Assembly: GCA_013265495.1 (NCBI GenBank)
Contig: MU058433.1
Location: 160,820 to 224,819 of the forward strand
Direction of reading: 5' to 3'
DNA: 64,000 nt
From: Vicugna vicugna
Lineage: Eukaryota
Position numbers and translations under genes: made by a program. Below are positions 23,603-36,320 of the stretch, in pieces. Each line of letters begins with the position of its first letter. The stretch's first letter is position 1. Below the pieces are notes generated by a model, which was given only the letters and a program-made list of their open reading frames with translations, was not told where the DNA came from and searched no databases.

Positions 23603-25831
23603 TATATTTGTTTTCATATTCTTTCTCATTAAAGGTTATTGAATGTAATAAAAGTTAAAGATATTGAATGTAATTCTCTGTGCTATACAGAAGAAATTTG
23701 TATTTTTATCTATTTTTATATATAGTGATTAACATTTGCAAATCTCAAATTCCAAAATTTATCCCTTCCCACCCCCTTTCCCCTGGTAACCATAATTGTT
23801 TACTATGTCTGCAAGTCTGTTTCTGTTTTGCAGATGAGTTCATTAGTGACCTCTTTTTTTTTTTCTTTCTTTCTTTCTTTTTTTTTTAAATTCCACATGA
23901 GTAATATCATGATATTTTTCTTTCTCTTTCTGGCTTACTTCACTTAAAATAACGATATCTATGTCCATCCATGTTGCTGCAAATGGCATTATTTTATTAT
24001 TTTTTATCACTGAGTAGTATTCCATTATATAACTGTATCACAACTTCTTTATCCAATCATCTATCAATGGACATTTAGGTTGCTCCCATGTCTTGGCTAT
24101 TGTATACAGTGCTGTTATGAACATTGGGGTGCATGTTCCCTCTAGATATATGCCCAGGAGTGGGAATGTTGGATCATATGGTAAGTCTATTCTTATTTTT
24201 TTAAGGAATCTCCGTACTATTTTCCATAATAGCTGCACCAAACTACATTCCTACCAACAGTGTAGGAGTGTTCCCTTTTCACCACACCCTCTCCAGCATT
24301 TATCATTTGAAGATATTTTATTGATGGCCATTCTGACTGGTGTGAGGTGATACTTCATTGTAGTTTTGATTTGCATTTCTCTGATAATTAGTGATACATG
24401 GAGAACTCCAAAACATTGATTAAGGAAATTAATGATGACTTTTAAAAAATGGAAAGATACCCCATGTTCTTGGATTAGAAGAATCAATATTGTTAAAATG
24501 GCCATACTGCCCAAGGCAGTCTACAGATTTAATGTGATCCCTATCAAATTACCAAGGACATTTTTCACAGAACTAGAACAAATAATCCTAAAATTTATAT
24601 AGAATCACAAAAGACTCAGAATTGACAAAGCAATACTGAAGAAAAAGAATGAAGCTGTAGAAACAATCCTCCAAGAGTTCAGACAACACTAATCCATAAT
24701 AGCTGCACCAAACTACATTCCTACCAACAGTGTAGGAGTGTTCCCTTTTCACCACACCCTCTCCAGCATTTATCATTTGAAGATATTTTATTGATGGCCA
24801 TTCTGACTGGTGTGAGGTGATACTTCATTGTAGTTTTGATTTGCATTTCTCTGATAATTAGTGATACATGGAGAACTCCAAAACATTGATTAAGGAAATT
24901 AATGATGACTTTTAAAAAATGGAAAGATACCCCATGTTCTTGGATTAGAAGAATCAATATTGTTAAAATGGCCATACTGCCCAAGGCAGTCTACAGATTT
25001 AATGTGATCCCTATCAAATTACCAAGGACATTTTTCACAGAACTAGAACAAATAATCCTAAAATTTATATAGAATCACAAAAGACTCAGAATTGACAAAG
25101 CAATACTGAAGAAAAAGAATGAAGCTGTAGAAACAATCCTCCAAGAGTTCAGACAACACTATAGAGGTACAGTAATCAAAACAGCATGTTATTGGCATAA
25201 AAACAGACATATGGATCCATGGAACAGAACAGAGAACCCAGAAATTAACCCACAAACTATGGTGAATTAATCTTCAACAAAGGAGGCAAGAATATACAAT
25301 GGAGAAAAAAGTCTCTTCAGCAAGTGGTGTTGGGAAAACTGGACAGCTGCATGTAAATCAATGAAGTTAGAGCACTCCCTCACACCATACACAAAAATAA
25401 TCTCAAACTGGCTGATAAGACACAATAAACCTCCTAGAAAATAACATAGGCGAAACATTTTCTGACATAAATCTGAGCAATGTTCTCCTAGGGCCGTCTA
25501 CCCAGGCAATAGAAATACAAGGAAAAATAAACAAATAGGACCTAATTAAACTCATAAGCTTTTGCACAGCAAAGGAAACCATAAGTAAAACCAAAAGACA
25601 ACTTACAGGATGGGAGAAAATATTTGCAAATGATGCAACTGACAAAGGTTTGATTTCCAGAATATACAAACATCTCCTACAACTTAATAACAAAACAAAC
25701 AAACAAACAAACAAACAACCCAATCCCAAAATGGGCAGAAGACCTAAACAAGAAATTCTCCAACGAAGACATACAAATGGCCAACAGGTACATGAAAAAA
25801 TGCTCAATATCACTAATTATCAGAGAAATGC
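23494..25831. mobile_element. Younger 5'-inverted L1 (3' end on minus 23494-24395, inverted part on plus to 25831)
   Basis: Strand switch at ctgataattagtgat|acatggagaac; the plus segment ends atcactaattatcagagaaatgca, the reverse complement of the switch point. Confidence 0.85.
24223..25161 (+). repeat. Tandem duplication, 2 x 470 bp, apparently identical
   Basis: 24223-24691 = 24693-25161; identical ORFs at 24251 and 24721. Confidence 0.95.
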
Positions 25832-27117
25832 ATGTATCTTTTTGAATTACTGTTTTGTTTTCTTTGGATATTCTCACCGACTGTGTACCTTTTCTCTACA
25901 TCCTCACCACCATATGTTACTTGTGGTATTTTTAATGATAGTCATTCTGATGAGTGTGAGGTGATATCTCATTGTGGTTTTGATTTGCAATTCCCTGATG
26001 ATTAGCGATGCTGAGCATCTTTTCACCTGCCTATTGGCCACCTGTTTGTGTTCTTTTGAAAATGTCCATTGAGGTTTTTTGCCCATTTTTAAATCAAGTT
26101 TTTGGGGTTTTTTATATTGAGTTGTATGAGTTCTTTATATATTTTGGATACTAACCTCTTATCAGACGTCATTTACAAATATCTTCTCCCATTCACTAGG
26201 ATGTCTTTTTCTTTTGTTGATGATTTCCTTTGCGACAAAAGGTTTTAAGTTTAGTTAGGTCCCACTTGTTTATTTTTGCCTTTGTTTTCTTTGCCTTAGG
26301 AGACAGATCCAAAACAATATTGTTAAGATTTATGTCAAAAAGTGTTCTGCCTATGATCTCTTCTAGGAATTTTATGGTTTGGGGGCTTATATTCACACCT
26401 TTAATCACTTTTGAGTTTATTTTGTATATGATGTGGAAAAATGTTCTAATTTTGCTCTTTTACATGTAAACTGAACAGTTTCTCCAGCACCACTTGTTGA
26501 CAAGATTGTCTTTTCTCCATTGTATATCCTTGCCTGCTTTGTCATAGATTAATTGACTGTAAGTGTGTGGGTTTTCAGCTCTTTTCTGTTCCATTGATCT
26601 ACATATGTCTGCTTTTGTGCCAGTACCATGCTGTTTTGATTACTGTAGCTTTGTTTAGTAGTCTGTAGCTTTGTTTAGTGTGACCTCCAGCTCTGTTATT
26701 CTTTTTCAAGGTAGCTTTGGCTATAGCAGTCTGTTCTGTTTCCATACACAATTTATTTGCTCTAATTCTGTGGGGAAAATGCCATTTGTAATTTGATGTG
26801 GGTTATTTTGAATATACAGATTGCCTTGAGTAGTTTGATCATTTTAAGAGTACAAATTTTTCCAGTTCATGAACATGATATATCTTTCCATCTGTGTGTG
26901 TTGTCTTCAGTTTCTTTCATCACTGTCTTATCTTTTGCCAAGCCTTTTACATCCTTAGATTTATTCTTAGGTATTTATTCTTTTTGATGTGATGGTAAAT
27001 GGATTGTTTTCTTAATTTATCTTTCTGATAGTTTATTGTTACTGTATAGAAATGCAACAGATTTCTGTGTGTTAATTTTGTATCCTGCAACTTTACTGAA
27101 TTCATTGACGGGATCCA

Positions 27118-27613
27118 GTAATTCAGGCTTAAAAGAACATTCATTTATTATGTCACAGTTTCTTTGGCTCAGGAATCTGAGCACAGCTTGGCTAGGTTCT
27201 CTCCTTTAGGTTCTCACTGGAATATATACAAGGCGCCAGCTAGGATGCACGTTAGAGTAGGGAATGATCTGGGTCCAAGCTAACTTAGCTTGTTGACAGA
27301 ACTCAGTTCCTTGCATTTATAGGACCAAGGCCCTCAGCTGCTACAGACTGTCCAAAGCTCTTTGCTATGTGTGTCTTTCCATAGGAAGTTTACAATATGA
27401 CTGTTACTTCTTCCAAGGTATCAGGAAAAGACAACTACTCTAGGAAGACAGTCTCAAATACTATAACATAACCATACTGTTGACATTCCATTACCTTTGC
27501 CACATTCCATTGCTTACAAGGAATTCACAAATTCTGCTCACTCGCACGGGGAAGGAATTGCACAACATCATGAACACCAGGACGCGGGAATCACCGGGGG
27601 TCTGTTTACCTCA
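27118..27613 (-). mobile_element. MaLR LTR (MLT1-type)
   Basis: ggcttaaa..catttatta..cacagtttct..tcaggaatctg; ttgccacattccattg; gaacaccagga. Confidence 0.75.
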
Positions 27614-29244
27614 GAGGGGTTTGGAGAAAGCTAGAGAAGCTCTTCCCCAGCCTTTTCATAGGGCCCTCTGCCAATGGGAATGGCCAGTGGGCTTCTGTGA
27701 GCTGAGTGACTATTTGGGTCTCTGGCCCTGATAACACCCTGCAGTGCATCCAGCTGTTGAAACTTCAGGGGAAAAAAAAAGAATGTAGAGTCCTTTAGGC
27801 TCCATTTGCCCAGCAGCCTTATGATGATTGTGTAAAGTCTTAATTAGATCCCCTCTGGAGGTAGATCAACTTGCCGAAGTCAGTAAATGAGAACGGCACA
27901 GTGTAGGGACCCTTCTGCAAACCTCCTCTTTCAGAAGGCATTTGCTGCCCTGGTGGCGGCTGCTTCTAGGCTAAGAGAACATGGACAGCAGCAGCAGCAG
28001 CAGCACAGCCACACCCCCTGGGGCTGCCCGGAAGGCCAAGGGGAAGTCTGGGCTCAGCTCAAACAGGTCTGCCCTGCACTGCCCCACTTGACTCTTCAAT
28101 TCCTCCCTTCACCTGAGAAAACTTACGTCCAAATTTTGAGGGGCAGCCCCTGTGACTTCTCCAAGAACTGCTCCTTCTTCCCCTCCATGGGCCTAGAGGT
28201 GGATGGGAAGGTTCTGCCACTTCTGCCCAGACGTCTCAGCATTTAGGATTTAAGAAAATGGACAACCTGTTGATTTTTACCCCTAATCTCTCCAAGTCGT
28301 CCAATCCCAACTCTTTTTCACTCTCATTGTCTTCAGCCCCCACCCTTCCCATGCTTCCTTGAGTGATGCACTCTCCCAACCCAGGTGACTCTCATCTAGT
28401 CTCCCTGAGGTGGAAAGTATGGTATTATTTTTCTCCTGAGTGTTGCTTCACCTCTGAGACCCTATAGGTTCACTCCTACATCCTGCAGATCAGAAAAGAA
28501 AGTATAAAACAAGGATTATGAGCCAGAAGGAACAGAGATCCATAGATAGTCCAGGTTCCAGATCTAGAAAAAGGAAGTGGTAGCTTCTGCAAGTTTGTAA
28601 AAATTCTTTTATGTAGAAAACCTAAACTGAGGTTACTACTTGAAACCAAGAATGAGAGATGGGATTCCTTATTAAAATGTAGACTAAGCACATCAAAATG
28701 TTAATGTATCTACATACAAACACACACACACACACACCCAAACCTAGTATCAAACTACTTTCCATAATTAAAGTTTTTAGAAAGCGGTTTGCTTAGAAAA
28801 GTAAGAGGGTATGGGCAATTCTGCTCTCAGGAATCAAACTTATTTTCCTTCTGACTCAGAAACTAGATCTATGATATCCATAAAATCATCACCGGATCAG
28901 GATCAGAAACTACCACATTAAACTCTGGTTCAGGACAGAGTGCCTAGGAGAAGAGGATGGGGCAACTGGGAGGATGGGCACAAGAAGGAAGTAACAAAGA
29001 AAAGTTAGAGGGTATCTCCCACTCAGAATGACGCTGCAAACCACGAGGATATGTGAAAATAGGCAACTTATGTGAGTGTAAAAATATAGTCTCAACATGT
29101 AAAATATCAACTAAGAAGCAAGAAGAAATTAACAGAGTCAAATGAGGCATTAAATATATCTATTATTATTAACATACCTAGCAAATTAAAATTAATCAAG
29201 ATTAGAGAGATTGATTAACTTAATTTGCAAACTGTGAGACCTGG

Positions 29245-29670
29245 TGTAGTAGGCAGAATAATGGCCACCTAAATGATGCCCTCATCCCAAACCCTTGTGA
29301 TAACGTTAGGTGACATAGCAAAGGGGAATTGAGTTTCAGATGAATATCATGAAATCATTCAGTAGAGCTAAAAATAGGGAGAGTTTCTTCGATTATCCAA
29401 GAGACCCAAATGTAATCACAGAGCTTCGTGGAAGGGGAAGAAGAAGACAGAAGAGGAGAATCAGAGGGAAATGTGAGCATGGAAAGGCAGGGAAACAGAT
29501 TATTTTCTAGAACTTCCAGAAAGGAACACTGCTTTCTCAACACCTTGATTTTAGCTCAGTGAGACATGCTGGAATTCTGAACTGCAAAACTGTAAGATAA
29601 TAAATTTATGTTGTTTTAAGGCATGAAGTCTGTGATAATTTGATATAGCAGCTATAGAAAACAAATATTC
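29245..29670 (+). mobile_element. MaLR LTR (MLT1D/E-like)
   Basis: tgtagtaggcagaataatggcc; cccaaatgtaatcaca; actgtaagataataaatttatgttgttttaag. Confidence 0.85.
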
Positions 29671-30594
29671 TACATTCAACAAAAAAGGGTATTGGTATTT
29701 TTTAAGAACATATGGACATCTTAAGCCATTTTTGAGGAAATTTAAAGATTACATTAATGCAGTCATATATCATGTTTCTATTTTTATAATACAAATGTAT
29801 ACAGTATTACAAACATACAAAGTATTCACATATTGATATATAGATTCCATGCAATCAAAATTAAAACTCTAAATGTATGTATGTGTGTGTTTGTAAGTTG
29901 TGAAGCTGCTTATAAAACTTTTATGGCAATGCCAAGTACTGAGAACGGCTAAAATTCTTTAGAAGAAAAAGTTGGAGCACTTACCTTCCAATATCAAGGC
30001 TAGCAAACTTTAATTGAAAATGTACAGTATTAGTGTGAGATTATACAAACAGACTAATTAAAGAAAACCACATGTACAAGGCCACTGAGAATTCTGTCTC
30101 ATCAGACTGGGTCTGAATTGTCTAGGCTGAATCTCCTAGGAAATCCAATAAAAAGCACACTAAACCCACCAAGCTGCATTCCATCTCAAGGGAAGAGTTA
30201 AAATGGTTGATTCGGTTCCTTGTCTGGGAACGGGAAATGGACAGGTCCACGTAGCCTGAGGTCTATCTTTTGGGAATGTAAGGAAATGCATAAATGTTTT
30301 CTCTCCTCTCTTCCGGAATCTCTTCCAGCCTAAAATTTTACTTTCTTCCTTCATATTGCTACCTCCTACTACTCCTGTGAAGCAAGAGACTGAAGGCAGA
30401 GTTTGGTGAGTTGAAAACTATAGTTAATCAGGGAGAAGAAATATCCAAAAATCCACTGACCCTGCGATTTTAATCAAATAATGTAGCCTCAGGTTTCTTT
30501 AGTGCCCTGGAGGATGTGACTTTGGGGGGAAGACAGTCTCACACCAATGACTCCATGGTAATTGGACCCTGAAAGGAAAGGAAACTATTGATTT

Positions 30595-30598
30595 CTTT

Positions 30599-30633
<35 letters not shown>

Positions 30634-30692
30634 GACGTGTAGTCAGTTTACAATCTTGTGTCAGTTTCTGGTGTACAGCATAATGCTTCAGT
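30595..30692 (-). mobile_element. Short 5'-truncated L1 3' end with (TTTA)n tail
   Basis: (ttta)n followed by tagtcagtttacaatcttgtgtcagtttctggtgtacagcataat. Confidence 0.8.
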
Positions 30693-32637
30693 GCAGACCA
30701 GCTACTGTGACAGGTCACAGTGGGGACTTCATTAGGAAAGAAGAGCTTTTTGGGTAAAAGACTGAGGTCTGAATAGGTTTTGACTAGAGCAGCAGACCTT
30801 GATTTGGATGTTTCTTTTTGATCCCTCTTTGTAGTTTTAATGATTAGAGGTTTTATTTTTCTCCTTTTATGTTTTTACCCCAGTGACCCCGAGGAAATGC
30901 ATTTCATGTCAGGAGGCAGTGAGTCTATGCTCCAAAGAACTGACTTGCAGTCTAGCCTAAATTACAGAGACATTTTAGAGCTTTCTCAGTCTACCTGGTC
31001 TTCATGCCACAAAAGATGATGCAGCCAACCTTTTAAGGGAGGTTTTTGCGAAGACTGTTGCTCTCTTTCTTCTAATAAGCTCAATGCCTGAAAGAGTTCC
31101 ATCTGTAACAGATCTGGAGATGCCACTTAGAACATACATTCTTCAGGGGCAGGGAGCTCCCTTTGGACAGTGGGAACTAGTTACATACCTCCTTGGTAGA
31201 TGCTTTGTTCACTCTGGTTAATTAAGGACGTTGGCAATGACAAAACCATCCCCTGAGAGAAAGTTCACTATGTAAAATTTGACTGGGGTTCTGGTAGAGA
31301 TGTCACCAAATCCTACATGGCTCAATCCACGCTTCCCTCCTTGTGCACAAAACCAGATACCCACCAGATGCAATAATATCCAGCTCTTATAACCTGTCCA
31401 CAAAATCTACTTCCTTCCCCCAAAGGTTTTGAATGACTCTGTAAATTTTGAGGGGAGGATAAGAATGAAGCCTCTTCAAAACTGGTCTAAAGATGGGTCA
31501 GGTTATTCTGGGATTCTCCAGTATAAGGTCAAAAGTACTTCATAAAATAGATCACATGACAGAGGTAAAACTCAAAGGCTATTTCCAGTGCAAAAGTCAC
31601 CTCCAAAGGCAGGCTCTATTTAGTGCAAAACTGAAAATTCCCAAAGATGGAGTCCAACATGGGCAGATCAGAAATAAAAACATGGGGGCAAAACTTTATT
31701 ACTCTTCCTTCCATCTCTAGGAGGTGAAAATCTGCTCTGCTTGACTTTGCCTAGGCTAAATCACACTGGCTGATATCTATTATAGAGGCATTTCTAGACT
31801 CACTGATGGGTAGAGCTGTCTTCCTAATTTATGTTAGGGAACAGATCTTCCAAAGCTTTGACAGTGTCCCTGAGGTCATCCTCTGAGCTCACTGCTCTCT
31901 GCCTGAGTGAGGGGAATGTTGCTCACTTATCCTTTGCATTTACTGGTAGATGCCTTCTCATATATTCACAGCCCAGTGAGCACACATCTTAATCTGTACC
32001 GTATTTCAATCTCTGTGTAACAAAAGCTCCCATACCACCTACAGCCCTGGAATCTGTTCTTTCTTTTTCCTTTCCCTTTCTTTATCTGCTACTTTATTGA
32101 AACTCTTCAGTTTATTTTATCAAACCCGTTGTCTGAGACAATATGTACTGTGTACAAATCAATTACTCCCCTTTCTTCATCCCATTTAACAGTTTTAATG
32201 TTCTTTCCTCTCTCTCTGTTCTCCTCCCTTTCTTCCCTCACACACTCCTCCCTCCTCCTCATGCATACATTTTTTTTTCCTTTTGAACCTGGACCTATCC
32301 TGAATATTCTGTATTGAGAAAGGGCCAGTTATTTATGTTTAATCACATGAAATTTGTGACCTATAAAAATAACCATCCCATATGGTTTATTAATAAATGT
32401 ATAAAGAAATGATATGGGGCCACTGGCAAAGTAAAGGGGCAACAACTTTAGAGCTGTGGGTGCCGACTCATCCTGGGGACAGGAGGTGCTTCTCCTTCTC
32501 ATGCAGGCACCCTGGATGTGACCCTGCAGTCCTCAGCGAGGTCAGCACCAGAGCGGGATTGTTGTCTTTCACAGCCCATTCTGATACTGATTTGTTCTCA
32601 GGGCTCGGAATCCAGTGGATCCCAGACTGAAAAGACC

Positions 32638-33577
32638 ATGTATAACTTGAGCTGTTACAACCCTGCTTCCTTTATCCTTGTTGGAATACCTGGCCTGGAG
32701 AAGTTCCACGTCTGGATTGGGATTCCCTTTTGTGTCATCTACGTTCTGGCTATCGCGGGCAATGGCACCTCCTCTACCTCATTGCAGTTGAGGACAGCCT
32801 CCACGGGCCCATGTTTTTCTTCCTCTCTATGCTGGCCACCACGGACCTCATCCTGTCTACTGCCACAGTCCCCAAACTGCTCAGTAACCTCTGGCTTGGC
32901 TCCCAGGAAATAACCTTCACTGGTTGTCTCACCCAGATGTTCTTCCTCCACTTCAGCTTTGTAGTGGATTCAGCCATCCTGCTGGCCATGGCATTGGATC
33001 ACTATGTGGCCATCTGCTTCCCCTTGAGATACACCACAATCCTGACTCCTCAGGTGATTATCAAGCTCGTGGTGAGCGTTGTTGTGAGGAGCTTCTCTGT
33101 CATCCTGCCAGATGTTTTTCTGCTGAAACGGTTGCCCTTTTGCGGGACACATATCATCCCACACACATACTGTGAGCACATAGGTGTCGCTCGGCTTTCC
33201 TCTGCCGACATCTCCATCAACATCTGGTATGGATTTTCTGTGCCTTTCATGACTGTCATCTCAGATGTGATCTTTGTTGCTGTCTCTTATTTCTTCATCC
33301 TTCATGCTGTCTTTCAACTCTCATCCCTGGGTGCCCGCCAAAGACTCTCGGCACCTGTGGTTCCCATGTCTGTGTGATCCTCATGTTTTACACTCCTGCC
33401 TTCTTCTCCATTCTTGCGCATCGCTTTGGGCACGGTGTGCCTCGAAACATGCTCATCCTATTTGCTAACTTCTATGTGGCCATCCCTCCTGCTCTAAATC
33501 CTGTAGTTTATGGTGTGAAGACCAATCAGATCCAGGACAAATTCGTTCTCCTCTTCACTTTGAAGAAGACACAATGA
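32638..33577 (+). pseudogene. Olfactory receptor OR52H-like, two 1-nt frameshifts (~32768, ~33343)
   Basis: [57 protein letters not shown] split over three ORFs. Confidence 0.9.
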
Positions 33578-34329
33578 GTAGGGAGGACCCCTGAAGGAGA
33601 TATTTAGGTAAAATCAATTAGATGAAATTTTGTGTAATGCAGGAAGACATAAGCATAAAGTTGTAACTACTTTTAACTTGAAATTTTATAGCTCTACTCA
33701 TGTACAAAGAATAAGCAGGAGGGAGAGGGGAGAAAGAAAGTCTTTGGGACTTCTAGAAAATCAAGAATTTTCTTGGTTTAGTTTTTTCATCACTTGTGTG
33801 AAGAAGCTGATGATGGGTACAGAAGAGCGTTAAGATTAAGGTTTATGTATTTCCTATTTCTCGTTTTGAGATATTTGAAGGCTAGATATTTTCTAACATG
33901 CAATTCACCCCTGTGTTTCTCAGTTTCTGAATCAAAGACAAAGCCTCCTTCCCTTTTAAGTAGCTATCAATTCTTTCTGTTACGACTACCAAACTTACAG
34001 CTCACCCTTCAGTCCTGATTCTATATGTTATTAATCCCTCCTCCTCTGTCCTTCACTTGCTTTACTTTTTTTTCCCTACCCACCTCAAATTTCATAGAGT
34101 TGATTATCTTTTGCATCTGTTTTCTTCAATCGCATGCTTCAAAACTTTTTCACTACCCTTGGCCCATATTTTACAAGTTTAACTTAATTTGAAATGATTA
34201 CATTTAATTTAAAATGTATTTTAAAATTATATTTAATTTAAAAATTTTTAAATTTGATCTAATTTTAAAAATTAAAATCAAATTTAAAATTTGATTTAAT
34301 TTAAAAAGAATTATGAAAAGGTAACATTA

Positions 34330-34960
34330 GGTAATTTATTTCACAAATGAGGAAATAAAACAGACTTACAAAGACTACAGAAAGACAAATAGATATTTAA
34401 GATCCAAACCCAGATCTGTCTAAATTTGAGTTCTTTATCCAATTTCTTCCTAGATATCTACTCACTTGAATGGTTCCTAAACTTTTCAAACTTAATTTCT
34501 CCAAACCTGACCTGGAAATTCACTAACCTTCTCCCTAAAAAATACTCTTCCTTTTCTGTTTTCCTTTATAGTAAATCGCACCACCACAAACCTGAAGTCT
34601 AACACCAGGAGCCTGTGGCTTCGCCCTTATCTCCCTTAAGTCACCCTCCAACAAAATGAACTCAGTATTTGAGTTGAATATTTGAGTCTGAAGGGCTTAC
34701 AAGTCATTACAGGAGATATACACATCATATTCTCACCTTTGTCATGGTCTTTCAGCCTATCTGGGCCCTTATCTATTACCTGTCTCTTTTGAGAGCATTT
34801 CAAAATTATCCTTTTCAAGGAGTTACAACCTTGCTCCATCCAATCCACTCTCTCTATAAAAGCCAGAGCGATCATTTTACTATCCACATACGACTGTGTC
34901 TCTTTGCATCTTGAAACTCTTCAACAGGTCAGTTGTTCTCAGGATCATGCATAAGTATTG
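34330..34960 (+). mobile_element. Ancient MIR and L2 fragments
   Basis: atttcacaaatgaggaaa..ccaaacccagatctgtct; tcaaacttaat..ccaaac; agccagagcgatcatttt. Confidence 0.6.
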
Positions 34961-35999
34961 TCTTTAGGATCATTGCAGGGAATGGAAGACTTTAATAAAA
35001 AGAGCAACCTTCCATGAAAATCAGAGCCTTGCACTTGATTTACATTTATTCACACTTGGTGTATGTTTATTTCTAATTAATTTGCTCTTCCCTGACTCTT
35101 TGAGCAAGTAATTTCAAGAGTGATGTTCTTCTTTTGTGTTATCATAGCCAGTGTTTTGTTATTTTACAAAAAACAAAAACAGAAACAAAAGAATCACAAA
35201 CTTGGTGTGGATACAGCGTGTGTTGGGTGGAGTTGAGCAGAAGCCATATATGCTCCTCTTAAGAAACTGTCCCAGGATAAAAATACCTATTTCCTAAACT
35301 CTCAACTGGAAAAGAAGCCATATATTTAATCAAGATGAACATATTAAATTCCTTAGGAGTAAGAAGTAAAGAGTAAAACTATCATTCTAAAATAAGATCC
35401 TTTGTATATATGAGTGGTGATTTTTTTTTGTTGTCTGTAATACTCTGTAGGCAGTTTAGAAGAGACACATGAAGGGGCTGCTTTATTCATGCCACTATTA
35501 TAAGCCATCATCTTATTTGCTTGTGTAATTATCTATCCACACCTATATTATGAGTACCTTGAAGGCAAAAACTTAGTCTTAGGCATCTTCTTATACCCTG
35601 TTTTATGAAAATACCTGACATACCATGTGCTCTCCAATAAAGATTTCATGCATATTCAAAATTCATCAGGAACCCCTTCCTCCACGCCATCATCTCTTGC
35701 CTTCCTTTTCTTTCTTCTCCACCCAATTTAGATTCCATTGTATATTATTTCAGTCAATGTTTGTTTATTCTAAACTCAGCTTGTTCTAAATTCAACTGCC
35801 TCTCTTATATACTCTGTTGAAAAAAAATTCCAGGAATCTTAATAATGTTAGCCCCATATTTTGAAGAAGTTGTAGAAAATGACCACGTTTGGGCAGACTG
35901 ATGTTACTGTTAATAAATTAAGACAGTATACCACCATACTCACCAAGTTTCAGCTTCTCAAAGGTATCAGATTTCTTCCTGTTTCTTCTACTGTGCTTT

Positions 36000-36320
36000 T
36001 CTTTATTCTTTGCCTGGCAATTTCTATTTAGGCTTCAATTAAGAATCCTTCCTCGAATATTCCTCCTTTAACCCTGCACATTAGATTAATATCTCTTGTA
36101 CACATTCTCACTGCACAATGTTCTTTTCATTTCAGGACTCATGACAACTCTAATAAGGCAATTGCTTGTGTACATAGTTATTTAATGTCTACTCCCTACA
36201 CTGTGTCATCAAGGACCAGCTTAGTTTCTGCTGTGTTTACCATCACATTCTAATCACTTGCAAAGTTCCTAGTCTCGAACAGGTATGCAATAAGTACTTG
36301 CTGAATAAAAGAATTGAAGC
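36000..36320 (+). mobile_element. L2 3' end
   Basis: caataagtacttgctgaataaaagaa. Confidence 0.6.

Larger units (their letters stand above)
23416..27110 (-). mobile_element. Antisense L1 (ORF2 3' half), interrupted at ~23494-25830 by a younger L1
   Basis: Host reads gctatgaatattggg at ~23493 and resumes tgcatgtatctttttgaatt at ~25829. Confidence 0.85.

Noticed and set aside
27887..28246. 119 aa ORF with a short poly-Q
   Set aside because: Arises from a short (CAG)n repeat; no domain or splice support
19087..32600. Cyclophilin A retrocopy (TRIMCyp-type fusion) replacing the broken SPRY
   Set aside because: No CypA-like peptide (e.g. FHRIIPGF, GSQFFI) or other substitute domain seen in the introns or downstream ORFs
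34180..34310. AT-rich quasi-palindromic ATTTAATTTAAAA repeats
   Set aside because: Low-complexity sequence with no regular spacer structure; not CRISPR-like
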